NCBI GenBank assembly: GCA_051859245.1
Contig: JBHYGA010000004.1
Location: 672,001-736,000, forward strand
Direction: 5' to 3'
Length of the DNA stretch: 64,000 bases
From: Gemmatimonadaceae bacterium
GTDB lineage: Bacteria; Gemmatimonadota; Gemmatimonadetes; Gemmatimonadales; Gemmatimonadaceae
In this document: one piece after another, positions 46,380 through 56,701 of the stretch
Layout: every line of letters begins with the position of its first letter
Position numbering within the stretch: position 1 is the first letter of the stretch
Notes under the pieces: model-generated
Told to the model about the DNA's origin: nothing
Seen by the model: only the letters and a program-made list of their open reading frames with translations
The model's database searches: none
Program-made: the position numbers and the translations under genes

Positions 46380-47822
46380 ATGACCGATTCGCTGCAGTTC
46401 TACATTGACGGTTCGTGGGTTCTGCCCGTTGGCGGAAGTGCGACGAACGCTGTGATTGATGTGATCAATCCGTCAACGGAAGAAAAGATCGCGCAGGTCA
46501 GCGCCGGCTCCGCGGCCGACGTGGATCGTGCGGTCGCGGCTGCCACGCGCGCCTTCGCGTCGTTCAGCATGAGCACGCGAGAGGAGCGACTGGAGTTACT
46601 CGACCGCATCATTGCCGGAATGCAGGCGCGACAGGCCGAGCTCGCGGACACTATTTCGCGTGAGCTTGGCGCGCCGATGAAGCTGGCCACTGGCGCGCAC
46701 GTGCCGTCCGGCATTGCGCATTTCAAGGTGGCTCGTGAGGTGCTCGCGCAGTACGAGTTTGCCTCGCAGAGAGGCACAACGCAGATCGTGCGCGAACCAA
46801 TCGGGGTGTGTGGTCTGATCACACCATGGAACTGGCCGCTCAATCAGATTGCCTGCAAAGTGGCACCGGCGCTTGCCGCTGGCTGCACGATGGTGCTCAA
46901 GCCGAGCGAGGTCGCGCCGCTCAATGCCATGTTGCTAGCGGAGATTTTGCATGACGCTGGTGTGCCGCCGGGTGTGTTCAATCTCGTAAACGGTGACGGT
47001 CCAACGGTTGGCCAGGCGATTGTGGCGCACCCGGATGTGCAGATGGTCTCGTTTACCGGATCAACGCGCGCTGGCATTGCCGTGGCGCAGCTCGCAGCCA
47101 AGACGGTGAAGCGAGTGACGCAAGAGCTTGGTGGCAAGTCGGGAAACATTGTCCTCGATGACGCCGACATTGCAACCGCGGTGAAGAACGGTGTGCGCAG
47201 TTGTTTCAACAACAGCGGTCAGTCGTGTAATGCGCCCACGCGCATGTTCGTACCGAGTGCACAGCTGGCTAACGCCGAAGCTGCAGCACGTGACGCGGTG
47301 CAGAAGGTCTCGCTCGGCGAAGCACATGCTGACGGTGTGAATATGGGTCCCGTGGTGAGTGCGCTGCAGTTCGAGCGCATTCAGCAACACATTGCCGATG
47401 CGATCGAAGACGGCGCGCAGTTGATCACCGGCGGTCTGGGGCGTCCGGAGCATTTGGCCGTGGGCTATTTCGTGCAGCCCACGGTGTTTTCGTCGGTGCA
47501 TAACGGCATGCGCATTGCACAGACCGAAGTGTTCGGGCCCGTGTTGTGCATTATCCCGTACGACTCTGAAAGTGAAGCGGTACAGCTCGCCAACGACTCG
47601 CCGTACGGTCTGGCGGCGTATGTGTCGTCGTCAAGTGCTGAGCGTGCCATGCACGTGGCACGACAGCTGCGCGCCGGCAATGTGCACATCAACAACGCAC
47701 CGGTTGATCATCGCGCGCCGTTTGGCGGCTACAAACAATCAGGAAATGGTCGCGAGTGGGGCGAGCAGGGATTTGAGGAGTATCTCGAGACCAAAGCGAT
47801 CATGGGTGTGCCGGCCGCATGA
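46380..47822 (+). CDS. NAD(P)-dependent aldehyde dehydrogenase
   Basis: ITPWNWP, LKPSE, SFTGSTRAG, QELGGKS, NSGQSC, EVFGPV, PFGGYKQSGNGRE. Confidence 0.96.
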   Translation: MTDSLQFYIDGSWVLPVGGSATNAVIDVINPSTEEKIAQVSAGSAADVDRAVAAATRAFASFSMSTREERLELLDRIIAGMQARQAELADTISRELGAPMKLATGAHVPSGIAHFKVAREVLAQYEFASQRGTTQIVREPIGVCGLITPWNWPLNQIACKVAPALAAGCTMVLKPSEVAPLNAMLLAEILHDAGVPPGVFNLVNGDGPTVGQAIVAHPDVQMVSFTGSTRAGIAVAQLAAKTVKRVTQELGGKSGNIVLDDADIATAVKNGVRSCFNNSGQSCNAPTRMFVPSAQLANAEAAARDAVQKVSLGEAHADGVNMGPVVSALQFERIQQHIADAIEDGAQLITGGLGRPEHLAVGYFVQPTVFSSVHNGMRIAQTEVFGPVLCIIPYDSESEAVQLANDSPYGLAAYVSSSSAERAMHVARQLRAGNVHINNAPVDHRAPFGGYKQSGNGREWGEQGFEEYLETKAIMGVPAA

Positions 47823-49387
47823 TTGCGTCGGCGTCCCTCGAACAGCGACTCGCGGCGCGCTATCGCATTGAGCGGTTGCTCGGCCGTGGCGGAATGGGCG
47901 CCGTGTATCTCGCGCGGGACCTGCAGCTGGACCGACTGGTTGCGGTAAAGGAGCTGCCGGCAGAGTTCGCGCGCGATCCGATTTTACGGGCACGGTTTCT
48001 TCGCGAAGTGCGAATGGCGGCGAGTTTTTCGCACCCGAATATTGTTCCGGTATATGCGATTGAAGAGCAGGAGGAATCGCTCGCCTTCGTGATGGGTTTT
48101 GTGGAAGGTGAGAGTCTCGCCGAACGTGTACGACGTACGGGACCACTGTCGTCCCGGGAAGCGGTGCGGTTGTTGCTGGATGTCGCGTACGCCCTCGCGT
48201 ATGCCCATGGACGCGGTGTTGTGCACCGCGACATCAAGCCCGACAACATCATGATCGAACGTGCCACCGGACGTGCGCTGCTGATGGATTTTGGCGTGGC
48301 GCGTGTGATTCACACGTCGCCAGCTGCCGGTGCAGGAATGACGCGTGTTGGTGAAGCGGTCGGTACGCCGGAATACATGAGTCCTGAGCAAGCGACGGGA
48401 GAGTCTGTTGACGGACGCAGTGATTTGTACTCGCTCGGCTTAACGGCCTACTTCGCACTCACTGGTGTCGTTGCATTTGGTGATAACAGTGCCGCGCGTG
48501 TGCTGGTGCGACAGCTGACGGAGACGTTGCCGTCAATCGCCACCGCTCGCGCCGATCTGCCACTGGCGCTAGCAGCGCTGATCGATCGCTGTCTCGCCAA
48601 AGAGGCGGCGGAGCGATTTGACAACGCAGGAGCGCTGATTGACGCGCTCGACGCCGTGCAAGCGACCGCGCCTGATGTGCCGGTCGCCGTGCGCCTGTTT
48701 GCGCAGGAAGCAGAAACGCTGGGAATGGTCATCGGGTATTTGATGCTGTTTGCGATCTACTTGCTGACCAGAGAGCTGGAGAACACGCTGATCTACGACC
48801 GGCTCATCCCGGTAATCGTTCTCGTTGCCGTCGCGTTTGGTCGCGCGGCGCAGACGCGCGCAGAAGCGAAACGTTTGCTCAAGCAGGGTTTCAGTGTGGA
48901 GGCAGTTCGCAGTGGATTCCGTCAATCCCTGGTCGAACGCAAAGAACGCCGCGCACAACTTCGGCAGGATCCGGCGGTCGTGTCGCGGCGTCGGCTTACG
49001 GTGTTCGCCGGGCTCTTTCAGTTGATCAGTGGTGCCTTGCTCATTTACGCGGCGTGGAACTCTCGCGAGGTGTTGCCTGATGGCAACTTCACGCCGGTGT
49101 ACGGCGTGGTGATGCTGTATTCGGGACTGGGGTGCCTCGGTTTCGCGTTCGTTCTGCTGATGCGTAGTCCGCTTCGCATGAGTTTGTGGGAGCTGGTGTT
49201 TCGTGTTGTCTGGCTCGGCAGAATTGGTGCCTGGTTCCTTCGGGCAGAAGGCGCGCGTGGTGCGCAGGCGGCTGTTCCGTTACCCACCGCTGTTCCGCGA
49301 AAGGCCGTGCCGATGAAGATGCGCGTGGACTCGCTCGAATCGCGCGTCGCCCGGCTTGAGCAGGAACGGCGCAGCGGCGGCAGCTGA
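47819..49387 (+). CDS. Hanks-type Ser/Thr kinase with multi-TM C-terminal region
   Basis: LGRGGMGAVY, VAVKEL, HRDIKPDN, DFGVAR, GTPEYMSPEQ; about 4 TM; overlaps the ALDH stop (ATGA). Confidence 0.93.
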   Translation: MIASASLEQRLAARYRIERLLGRGGMGAVYLARDLQLDRLVAVKELPAEFARDPILRARFLREVRMAASFSHPNIVPVYAIEEQEESLAFVMGFVEGESLAERVRRTGPLSSREAVRLLLDVAYALAYAHGRGVVHRDIKPDNIMIERATGRALLMDFGVARVIHTSPAAGAGMTRVGEAVGTPEYMSPEQATGESVDGRSDLYSLGLTAYFALTGVVAFGDNSAARVLVRQLTETLPSIATARADLPLALAALIDRCLAKEAAERFDNAGALIDALDAVQATAPDVPVAVRLFAQEAETLGMVIGYLMLFAIYLLTRELENTLIYDRLIPVIVLVAVAFGRAAQTRAEAKRLLKQGFSVEAVRSGFRQSLVERKERRAQLRQDPAVVSRRRLTVFAGLFQLISGALLIYAAWNSREVLPDGNFTPVYGVVMLYSGLGCLGFAFVLLMRSPLRMSLWELVFRVVWLGRIGAWFLRAEGARGAQAAVPLPTAVPRKAVPMKMRVDSLESRVARLEQERRSGGS

Positions 49388-49489
49388 GGCGCGTACACCC
49401 TCGCCTCGCCACCGTCCGCCGTGCAGTTTACGGGAATTCGCGTGACGGTTGTCACGTATTCCGCTTTCCTCCCAGACGCCTGATTCTGC

Positions 49490-52486
49490 ATGCTGCGTTC
49501 CGCCACACTTGGTCTCGCACTCTTCGCGCTGATCGCGCCGTCCGCTCACGCGCAGCAGTCAACCAGCGCCTCCTCGAAAAAGGTGCTGACGATCGATGAT
49601 TACTCGCGCTGGCGCACCATCGACAATGGTTCGCTCTCGCCAGACGGCAAGTGGGCAGCGTACGGACTTCGCTTTGCCAACACAGTAGCCGCTGATGCGA
49701 AGCCGGAACTCCGGTTGCGTAACCTGGGCACGAATGATGAAGTGACGATTGCGCACGCGTCGCAGGCCAGCTTCTCGCCTGATTCGAAGTGGATCGCATA
49801 TCTCGTGGAGCCACCGCCACCAGCGCGTGGTCGACCCGGTGCAGATAGCGCGGCGACGCCCGCTCCGCCAACGACACCAGTCACGCCGCCGGCCACACCG
49901 CCGGGGCCGCCCACGGTCACACCAGCCACGCCGCCCGCTGCTGCCGCTGCACGCCCGCCCGCACCGCGCCGGCGCTGGGAACTGCGCGAGCTTACGACGG
50001 GGAAGACCATCTCGTGGCAGGATGTGCAGAGCGCGCAGTTTTCACCCGCGTCGACGCATCTCATGCTTCGACGTCGCGCGGCGGGAGCGCCAGCAGCGGG
50101 AGCGCCCGCAACGGGGGCCGCAGCCGGCGCTGGTCCGGGTGGCGCCGCCGCCGCGAACGGCAACGCCCCGCGCGGCGTTGACGTGGTACTGCATGACTTG
50201 AGCAGTGGACGCAGCCAGTTCCTTGGCAGTGTGGGCGACGCGTCGTTCAATCGCAGCGGCGATGTGCTGGCGTACACCGTTGATGCCGCCGTGCGCGATG
50301 GCAACGGTTTGTATCTGGTCGAGCTGACGACGGGTCGCACCGTCGTGCTCGATAACGACTCGTTGCGTTACAATCGGCTCGCATGGAATGATCGCGGTAC
50401 GTCGCTCGCGGTGCTCAAGGGGCGCGAGGTGGAACGCATGCGCGAGCGCAGCAATCGCTTGATCGTGTTCAATAACGTGGTGTCGCCACGTGGCGTGGCC
50501 GATGTCGCACCGGCGGTGCTGGATCCCGCGAATGTGTCGGACTTTCCCAAGGGCTTTGTCCTCTCGGATCGCGCCGCACTTGCCTGGAGTGACGACGGAG
50601 CGCGCGTGTACGTGTCAACCATTCCGCAGCGCGCGTTGCCGGACACCGGCCGCCGTCGCAGTACCGACTCCCTGGCCGACGTTGATATCTGGCGGACGCA
50701 AGACGAGCGTATTGTCTCGCAACAGATGATTCAGTTGGAGGCCGACCGTAATCGGACGTTCCGTCAGGCATTTGATGTGGCGTCGGCTCGATATATCGCG
50801 CTCACGGATTCAGCCATGCGCGACATTGAGATTCCAGCCACCGGCATCTGGGCCGTTGGTCGTGATGCACGGGCGTACATCTCGGACTACAAGCGGCCCG
50901 CAGCCGATTTCTATCGCGTGAATCTGAGCACGGGTGAGCGTACGCTCATGTTCCGCGGGCAACTCACGGGTCGCAATGTGAGCGGTATCTCTCCTGATGG
51001 CAGCGCGTTTCTCTTCTGGAAAGATCGGCATTGGCACGCGTATGACCTGGCGGCCGGTACAACGCGTGCGATCAGCACCACCGCGAGTGTGAACTTCACC
51101 GACATGGAAGAAGATCATCCAGGTCCGCGTCCGCCCTACGGCGTGATGGGCTACGCGAGTGACGGCAGCGGCGTGATCGTGCAGCATCGGTTTGATCTCT
51201 GGTACCTGCCGCTCAAGAGTGGCAGCGCGCGCAATCTGACCAACGGTGTTGGCGCACGCGACAAGATCGTTTTGCGATATGTGCGTACCGCGCCGCTGGA
51301 TTCGTCGGTGCGGAGCGGCGCTCGCGTGTCTCGCGAGATTGATCTCACGCAGCCGCTGACACTGTCGGCGTACGGTGAGTACACGAAGAAGTCGGGCTTC
51401 TACCGACTGAACAACGGCGAGTTGCGCGCGTTGGTATACGACGACGCATCGTTCAGCACGCCTAATCGCGCGACCGACGCCGATGTGTTTCTCTACACCA
51501 AACAGACGTTTCGCGAGTTCCCCGACCTGCTCGTGGCGGGCGCAGAGTTTGCGAGCCCGCGCAAGATTTCTGATGCCAATCCGCAACACGCCGAGTATCG
51601 CTGGGGGCGTCGTGTGCTGTTTGACTACACTACGCGTCGCGGTGTGAAGTTGCAGGGCATTCTCGCCATTCCCGATGACTATGTCGCGGGCGAAAAGCGC
51701 CCCATGCTCGTCACGTTCTACGAGAAGAACTCACAAACCATGCATCGCTATCCCACGCCGTCGTATATCACCGGCATGGGTGCGATTCCAACGGAAGCGG
51801 TGAGTCGTGGTTACCTCACCATGCTGCCCGACGTGCATTTCCACACGGGCAGTTCGCACAGCGATATGCTCGACGCGGTGGAGGCGGCGACGCGAAAGGT
51901 GATCTCGATGGGCTACGCGGATCCCAAGCGCATTGGCGTACACGGGCACAGCTACGGCGGTGAAGGTGCCGCGTTTATTGGCACACGATCCAAGTTGTTC
52001 GCGGCGGTGGGCATGGGCGCTGGCGTTACAGACCTGTACAGCGATTTCAGTCAAAGCTGGGGCTGGTCGTATCAGGTCAGTGGCGGCAGCGGTGCGAACG
52101 GCAACGACTATTATCTCTTTGGACAAGGTCGCTGGGGCTTCTCACCCTGGGAAAAGCCTGATGTGTACCGCTACGAGTCGGCGCTGACGCACGCACCATC
52201 CGCTGCCGCACCGTTTCTGATCATGCACGGCACAGCCGATCCGACGGTTTCATTTACCGAGGGCATGAACTTCTATAATGCGCTCCGGTACAATGGAAAG
52301 AACGCCACGATGCTTGCCTATCCGGGCGAAGGGCACGGTTTGCGTGGGCTCGCCAATCGCCGCGACCTCACCATTCGCTATTTCCAGTTCTTTGATCACT
52401 ATCTGCGCGGTGCAGCAGCGCCCAAGTGGATGACCGATGGGGTGCCGTACATCGCGCGTGACGAGGTGCGCGGCGATCCGAGGTAG
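49490..52486 (+). CDS. Secreted S9 family peptidase (prolyl oligopeptidase/acylaminoacyl-like)
   Basis: Signal ending AHAQ; SPDGKW propeller repeats; GVHGHSYGG, HGTADPTV, YPGEGHGL; Pro- and Ala/Gly-rich inserts. Confidence 0.92.
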   Translation: MLRSATLGLALFALIAPSAHAQQSTSASSKKVLTIDDYSRWRTIDNGSLSPDGKWAAYGLRFANTVAADAKPELRLRNLGTNDEVTIAHASQASFSPDSKWIAYLVEPPPPARGRPGADSAATPAPPTTPVTPPATPPGPPTVTPATPPAAAAARPPAPRRRWELRELTTGKTISWQDVQSAQFSPASTHLMLRRRAAGAPAAGAPATGAAAGAGPGGAAAANGNAPRGVDVVLHDLSSGRSQFLGSVGDASFNRSGDVLAYTVDAAVRDGNGLYLVELTTGRTVVLDNDSLRYNRLAWNDRGTSLAVLKGREVERMRERSNRLIVFNNVVSPRGVADVAPAVLDPANVSDFPKGFVLSDRAALAWSDDGARVYVSTIPQRALPDTGRRRSTDSLADVDIWRTQDERIVSQQMIQLEADRNRTFRQAFDVASARYIALTDSAMRDIEIPATGIWAVGRDARAYISDYKRPAADFYRVNLSTGERTLMFRGQLTGRNVSGISPDGSAFLFWKDRHWHAYDLAAGTTRAISTTASVNFTDMEEDHPGPRPPYGVMGYASDGSGVIVQHRFDLWYLPLKSGSARNLTNGVGARDKIVLRYVRTAPLDSSVRSGARVSREIDLTQPLTLSAYGEYTKKSGFYRLNNGELRALVYDDASFSTPNRATDADVFLYTKQTFREFPDLLVAGAEFASPRKISDANPQHAEYRWGRRVLFDYTTRRGVKLQGILAIPDDYVAGEKRPMLVTFYEKNSQTMHRYPTPSYITGMGAIPTEAVSRGYLTMLPDVHFHTGSSHSDMLDAVEAATRKVISMGYADPKRIGVHGHSYGGEGAAFIGTRSKLFAAVGMGAGVTDLYSDFSQSWGWSYQVSGGSGANGNDYYLFGQGRWGFSPWEKPDVYRYESALTHAPSAAAPFLIMHGTADPTVSFTEGMNFYNALRYNGKNATMLAYPGEGHGLRGLANRRDLTIRYFQFFDHYLRGAAAPKWMTDGVPYIARDEVRGDPR

Positions 52487-52559
52487 TCAGCCGACAGCGC
52501 GCGGCGCGTTTCGCGCGTAGTCCTGATGGCCACGCAGAATTCCCCGATTCGACCATCGC

Positions 52560-53291
52560 ATGTCCCTCTCGCCAATCAATCGTCGCAGTTTCCTCCACCG
52601 GCTGAGTATTGCAGCCGGTGGCGCGGCGCTTGGCGGTGGCCTCGCGCCTGCGCTGCACGCCATGAGCGCGGCACCCAGCAATGAGTTTGTGTTCGCGCGA
52701 CTGCGTTACGAATCAGGAGACTGGGACTACAACCCGAAAGTGTGCGCCAACGTGCTCGACACGTTGCTGCAGTACACCAGCATTCCGATGCATCAGCAGG
52801 AAGTCGTGATTACCGCCGATTCACCAGAGCTCAGCGCGTACCCGTTTGTCTTCATGACCGGACACAAGCTGGTGCGCTTCAGCGACAAGGAACGGCGCGG
52901 TCTGCAGCGATATGTAGAAAACGGCGGGTTGTTGTTCTCGGACGACTGCAACCACGACATCAACGGTCTGTACGCCAAGTCGTTCGAAACAGAAATGGCG
53001 CGTACGTTTGGCGGCACCAATGCGATGCCGAAACTACCCAGCAGCCACGCGGTCTATCGGTCGTTCTTTCAGTTCGACGGGCCACCGCAAACCAGTCACG
53101 AACTCAACGGCTGGGGCGACAACATTGTGCACGATTACGTGCGCGGTGTTGAGCGCAACAAACGACTCGGCGTGCTCTACACCAATCAGGACTACGGCTG
53201 TGAATGGGACTACAGCTGGAAGAACAAACGCTTTCGCACCAAGGACAACACGCGGTTCATTGTAAATGTTGTGGTCTACGCGATGACGTGA
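52560..53291 (+). CDS. DUF4159 family protein with Tat signal
   Basis: NRRSFL; FARLRYESGDW, YPFVFMTGH, YVENGGLLFSDD, DYGCEW, NVVVYAMT. Confidence 0.85.
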   Translation: MSLSPINRRSFLHRLSIAAGGAALGGGLAPALHAMSAAPSNEFVFARLRYESGDWDYNPKVCANVLDTLLQYTSIPMHQQEVVITADSPELSAYPFVFMTGHKLVRFSDKERRGLQRYVENGGLLFSDDCNHDINGLYAKSFETEMARTFGGTNAMPKLPSSHAVYRSFFQFDGPPQTSHELNGWGDNIVHDYVRGVERNKRLGVLYTNQDYGCEWDYSWKNKRFRTKDNTRFIVNVVVYAMT

Positions 53292-53322
53292 ACTCGTGCC
53301 AACAACACCGAGTAGCACGATG

Positions 53323-53367
53323 AAAAAAACGAGGCGCCGCAGATAGTCCGCGGCGCCTCGTCTTTTT
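53323..53367. terminator. Bidirectional rho-independent terminator
   Basis: A7-CGAGGCGCCGC-loop-GCGGCGCCTCG-TCTTTTT between convergent genes. Confidence 0.85.
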
Positions 53368-53383
53368 GATACGTCTCGCTGCC

Positions 53384-55060
53384 TCAGTCGAACGCCGCAC
53401 CCACCATCATCTTGCGCACCAGCAACCACGGCGAACCGTGCGAGATGGAGTTGGTCTGCGTGGGCTGCCCCTTCGCATCGCCACCCGTGCCAAACTTCTG
53501 ATACTCCTTGGGGCCGGTGACGGCATCAAGGTTGGCCCAGAAGTCAGTGGTGATCGCGTTGTATGTGACGTCTGTGCACATGCGCGTGATCTTGCCGTTC
53601 TTGATTTCCCAGAACGCGTGGCCGCCGAACTGACCGTTGAAACGCTGCTGGTCAATGGAGTAGCTGCCACGTCCGTCGATCATCACGCCGTCCTTGATGT
53701 CGGCGATCATCTCGTCACGCGTGGGCGAGTTCTCCGGACCTGGCTCCACGTGCACGTTCGGCATGCGAAGGAACGGGTAATCGCGCCACGAGTTGCCAAA
53801 CGTGCAGCCGCGGCTGAAGTCTTCACCCACCAGATGCGCCGTTTCGCGGTTCGTCTGCACGCCCACGAGAATGCCTTCACGAATGAGCGGCCATTCCATC
53901 GACTTCACACCGTCGTCGTCGTAGCCGGTGGAGCCAATGCCGTCGTCCGTCTTGCTGCACGTCACGTTGAGGTGCTTGGAGCCGTACTTGAGTTTGCCAA
54001 TGTCGGACAGCTTCACAAAGCTCGTGCCGGCATAGTTCGCTTCGTAACCCACGATGCGATCAAGCTCAGTGGCGTGTGCAATAATCTCATGAATCGTGAG
54101 CATGGCGTGCGACGGCGACAGAATCAGGTCGCGCAGTCCGCTTGAGCCGAGTGGCTTGGCGGTGCACATCTGTACGGCTTCGTCGGCCACACGTTCGGCG
54201 CTCGCGAGGAAATCGCTGCGCTCGGCCACCTCCCAGCCGCCGGCTGATGCGACGCCCGGGTAGTTGCGCGTTTTGGTCACATCGCCAACACGCGCCGTCA
54301 CGGTCATGGTGGGCGACGTGGTGAACAGCTCCTGCTCAATGTAGGAGCCTTCGCTTGACGCGAAGTAGCGCCACTCGTAGCTGTGTGTGGCGCTCACGTT
54401 CACGCCGGTGACACCCTTCACCGTGCTCGCTTTGTCTACAATCGCTTGCGCCCAGGCCTGTTTGTCGGTGACGCTGACAGACGTTGGGTGCTTTTCCATC
54501 GGCGTGATGAAGTTCGCGACGTAGGCCGGAACCGGTGCGAGCTTGAGGTCGGTGCGCTTGGCAATGGCGCTCGCCTTGGCCACTTCCGTGGCCACGCGCG
54601 TCACGCGACGGATTTCGTCTTCGGTGACAATCGGGCTGCTGGCAAAGCCCCACACGCCGCTGTGTACCACGCGCACGCCAAAGCCGGCCGCCTTGCGATC
54701 CGCTTCGCTCGGAATGCCGCGCGCCGCACCACCGCCTCCGCGTCCACCAAAGCCGCCGCCTCCTCCTCCGCCGCCACCACCACCGGGGCCACCACCAGGG
54801 CCGCCGGCACCACCGGCCGAACGGTACACCGCAGAACCGCCCGGCACGTTGGCCGTCATGGTGAAACGAACGTCGGCGTACGTGCAACCAACGAGCTTGG
54901 CCTCGGACAAGACAATGTCAGCCAACCCCTTGAACTTGGAATCCGCCGCGCGCCCCTTGGGCGACGTGGCGATTATGTCCGCCATTAAATCATTGCTATA
55001 CAGCGACAAGGCGGCCGTTGCAGCCAGACCCTTGAGAACATCGCGACGTGACGGGCTCAT
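53384..55060 (-). CDS. tldD: TldD-family metalloprotease subunit with Tat signal and Gly-rich insert
   Basis: SRRDVLK; YADVR, GFGVRVVHSGVWGFAS, IHEIIAHATELDR, YDDDGV, RMPNV, GSYSIDQQR.NGQFGG, KGQP.Q...SHGSP. Confidence 0.9.
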   Translation of the reverse strand: MSPSRRDVLKGLAATAALSLYSNDLMADIIATSPKGRAADSKFKGLADIVLSEAKLVGCTYADVRFTMTANVPGGSAVYRSAGGAGGPGGGPGGGGGGGGGGGFGGRGGGGAARGIPSEADRKAAGFGVRVVHSGVWGFASSPIVTEDEIRRVTRVATEVAKASAIAKRTDLKLAPVPAYVANFITPMEKHPTSVSVTDKQAWAQAIVDKASTVKGVTGVNVSATHSYEWRYFASSEGSYIEQELFTTSPTMTVTARVGDVTKTRNYPGVASAGGWEVAERSDFLASAERVADEAVQMCTAKPLGSSGLRDLILSPSHAMLTIHEIIAHATELDRIVGYEANYAGTSFVKLSDIGKLKYGSKHLNVTCSKTDDGIGSTGYDDDGVKSMEWPLIREGILVGVQTNRETAHLVGEDFSRGCTFGNSWRDYPFLRMPNVHVEPGPENSPTRDEMIADIKDGVMIDGRGSYSIDQQRFNGQFGGHAFWEIKNGKITRMCTDVTYNAITTDFWANLDAVTGPKEYQKFGTGGDAKGQPTQTNSISHGSPWLLVRKMMVGAAFD

Positions 55061-55075
55061 ATGTGATCGTCCGGA

Positions 55076-56539
55076 TTAAACGGCGGGGGAAACTGAAGTC
55101 ATGTAGAACTCTTCAATGCGAGCGGGCGGTACGAGTGCGGCCTGGCCAATGTCAGAAGACTCGCCCATTCCCGTGGGCATCGGCTTCCCAACCAATGTGA
55201 GGTTGTTGTAAGCGACCAGCGGAGACATGTTCCAGCGGAAGTTCTGCACCGGACCCACGATTTCTCCGTTCTCAATCAGAAAGAGACCGTCTCGTGTCAT
55301 GCCGGTGTTCAGCAGCGGCTGCCCTTCGGCCGGCACGCCGCGAATGTACCACAGGCTCGTCACCAGCAAACCGCGACGCGTCTGCTTGACCATGTCGTCA
55401 ATCGAGAGGTCAGAGCCACCCATTACCAGGCTGTTGTTCGGGGTGGCCGGTTGACCGCGCGTGAAGTTCTTCAGCACACCGTTCTCAACCCATGTGACCG
55501 GGCCAGCCGGACGGAAATCATTGAGAATCGTGCTCTGACGCAGCACCTGATTGCCTACATCGCTGCGCAGCGTAAACAGATCGCTGAAGATCTTGTCTCC
55601 TGGCTTCTTGCCGGCCATAAACGATCCGGCCCCACCACCGCCGAATCCGCCGCCTCCACCGCCGCCTGGCGGTCCATCATCACCGGTCGCTGCTGCCGCG
55701 GCGCCTCCAGCTGCGGCACCAGCTGCGGCGCCAGCCGCCGCACCGCCCGCTGCGCCCGCACCGCGTCCACCACCCGGAGGACCACCGGCCGGTGCGCCAC
55801 CACCATTAAAAATGCCCGTCATGAGCGACAGCAATCGCGCGTTGGCGCGCGGCTCCAGAATCACCGTGTATCGACCCGGCTCAATGGCCTTCGCGTTTCG
55901 GCTCTTGATCGCCTTCTGCGCCGCTACCTCGGTGAGCGCCTTCGAGTCGATCATGGTGATGTCCTTGATGCCCATCAATCCCGACCAACCCGAACCACTG
56001 CCGTCCGGCATGCGGCACGTGAGCGCGAACCCGGTCTCAGCGGTGCGATAGTACGCGAACAATCCCTTCGAGTTCGCGTTGCATGTGGTCTGATCGATCT
56101 TCGGGATGTAGCCTGCGCCCAGCACACCGCGTGCTTCGGCGAGATCAATGCTGTCTTTGACCAGACGCGCCCGCTCCGCAGGACCGAACGACGTCATGTT
56201 CGGCAACGCGGCGTCCATCGGGATGTATTCCTGCGCGCCCATCAGTTCGCGCAGGTTCGGATTATCGATCGACTTCTTGGCCGTCTCGAGCGCCTCATTT
56301 ACCATCTCACGCAGCCCGGCGTCGCTGAAATCGCGCGTGCTCGCGCTGGCCGATTTCTGGCCGAGTCGCACGGTCACGGTAAGGTTCCGGTCGTACTGGA
56401 CAAGATTGGTGGTGATGGACGAGTTCGCCCACCGGGTGCCGGAGCGTTCGCCGCCGGTCAGGTTGATTTCAACAGCATCGGCGCCGGCCATATTAATGAC
56501 CTTGTCGACGATGGCTTTGCATTCCTCGCGAGTGTACAT
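55076..56539 (-). CDS. TldE/PmbA-family subunit with Gly/Ala-rich insert
   Basis: TRWANS.ITTN, IEPGRYTVILEP, WVENGVL, RGLLVT.LWYIR, TGMTRDGLFLIENGEI.GPV.NFRWN.SP; no HExxxH. Confidence 0.88.
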   Translation of the reverse strand: MYTREECKAIVDKVINMAGADAVEINLTGGERSGTRWANSSITTNLVQYDRNLTVTVRLGQKSASASTRDFSDAGLREMVNEALETAKKSIDNPNLRELMGAQEYIPMDAALPNMTSFGPAERARLVKDSIDLAEARGVLGAGYIPKIDQTTCNANSKGLFAYYRTAETGFALTCRMPDGSGSGWSGLMGIKDITMIDSKALTEVAAQKAIKSRNAKAIEPGRYTVILEPRANARLLSLMTGIFNGGGAPAGGPPGGGRGAGAAGGAAAGAAAGAAAGGAAAAATGDDGPPGGGGGGGFGGGGAGSFMAGKKPGDKIFSDLFTLRSDVGNQVLRQSTILNDFRPAGPVTWVENGVLKNFTRGQPATPNNSLVMGGSDLSIDDMVKQTRRGLLVTSLWYIRGVPAEGQPLLNTGMTRDGLFLIENGEIVGPVQNFRWNMSPLVAYNNLTLVGKPMPTGMGESSDIGQAALVPPARIEEFYMTSVSPAV

Positions 56540-56701
56540 GCGGCGGCTGAGCGTGGGGAGGAGGTACGGAGGGGACGGCCGAAAGGGCGAACGAAACGCG
56601 CGTGCGGCCTCTCCACTCAATGCGTACAGGGTGGGGAATTCGTTGACGGAATATGGGCCCTGTGCGCCCGCGAGGAAGAGCGCGGGCGAACCAGCAGCGT
56701 G

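Noticed and set aside
53384..56539. RiPP cluster suggested by TldDE plus Gly-rich sequence resembling microcin B17
   Set aside because: The Gly-rich tracts are in-frame inserts within TldD and TldE; no precursor, YcaO or other modifying enzyme is in the window.
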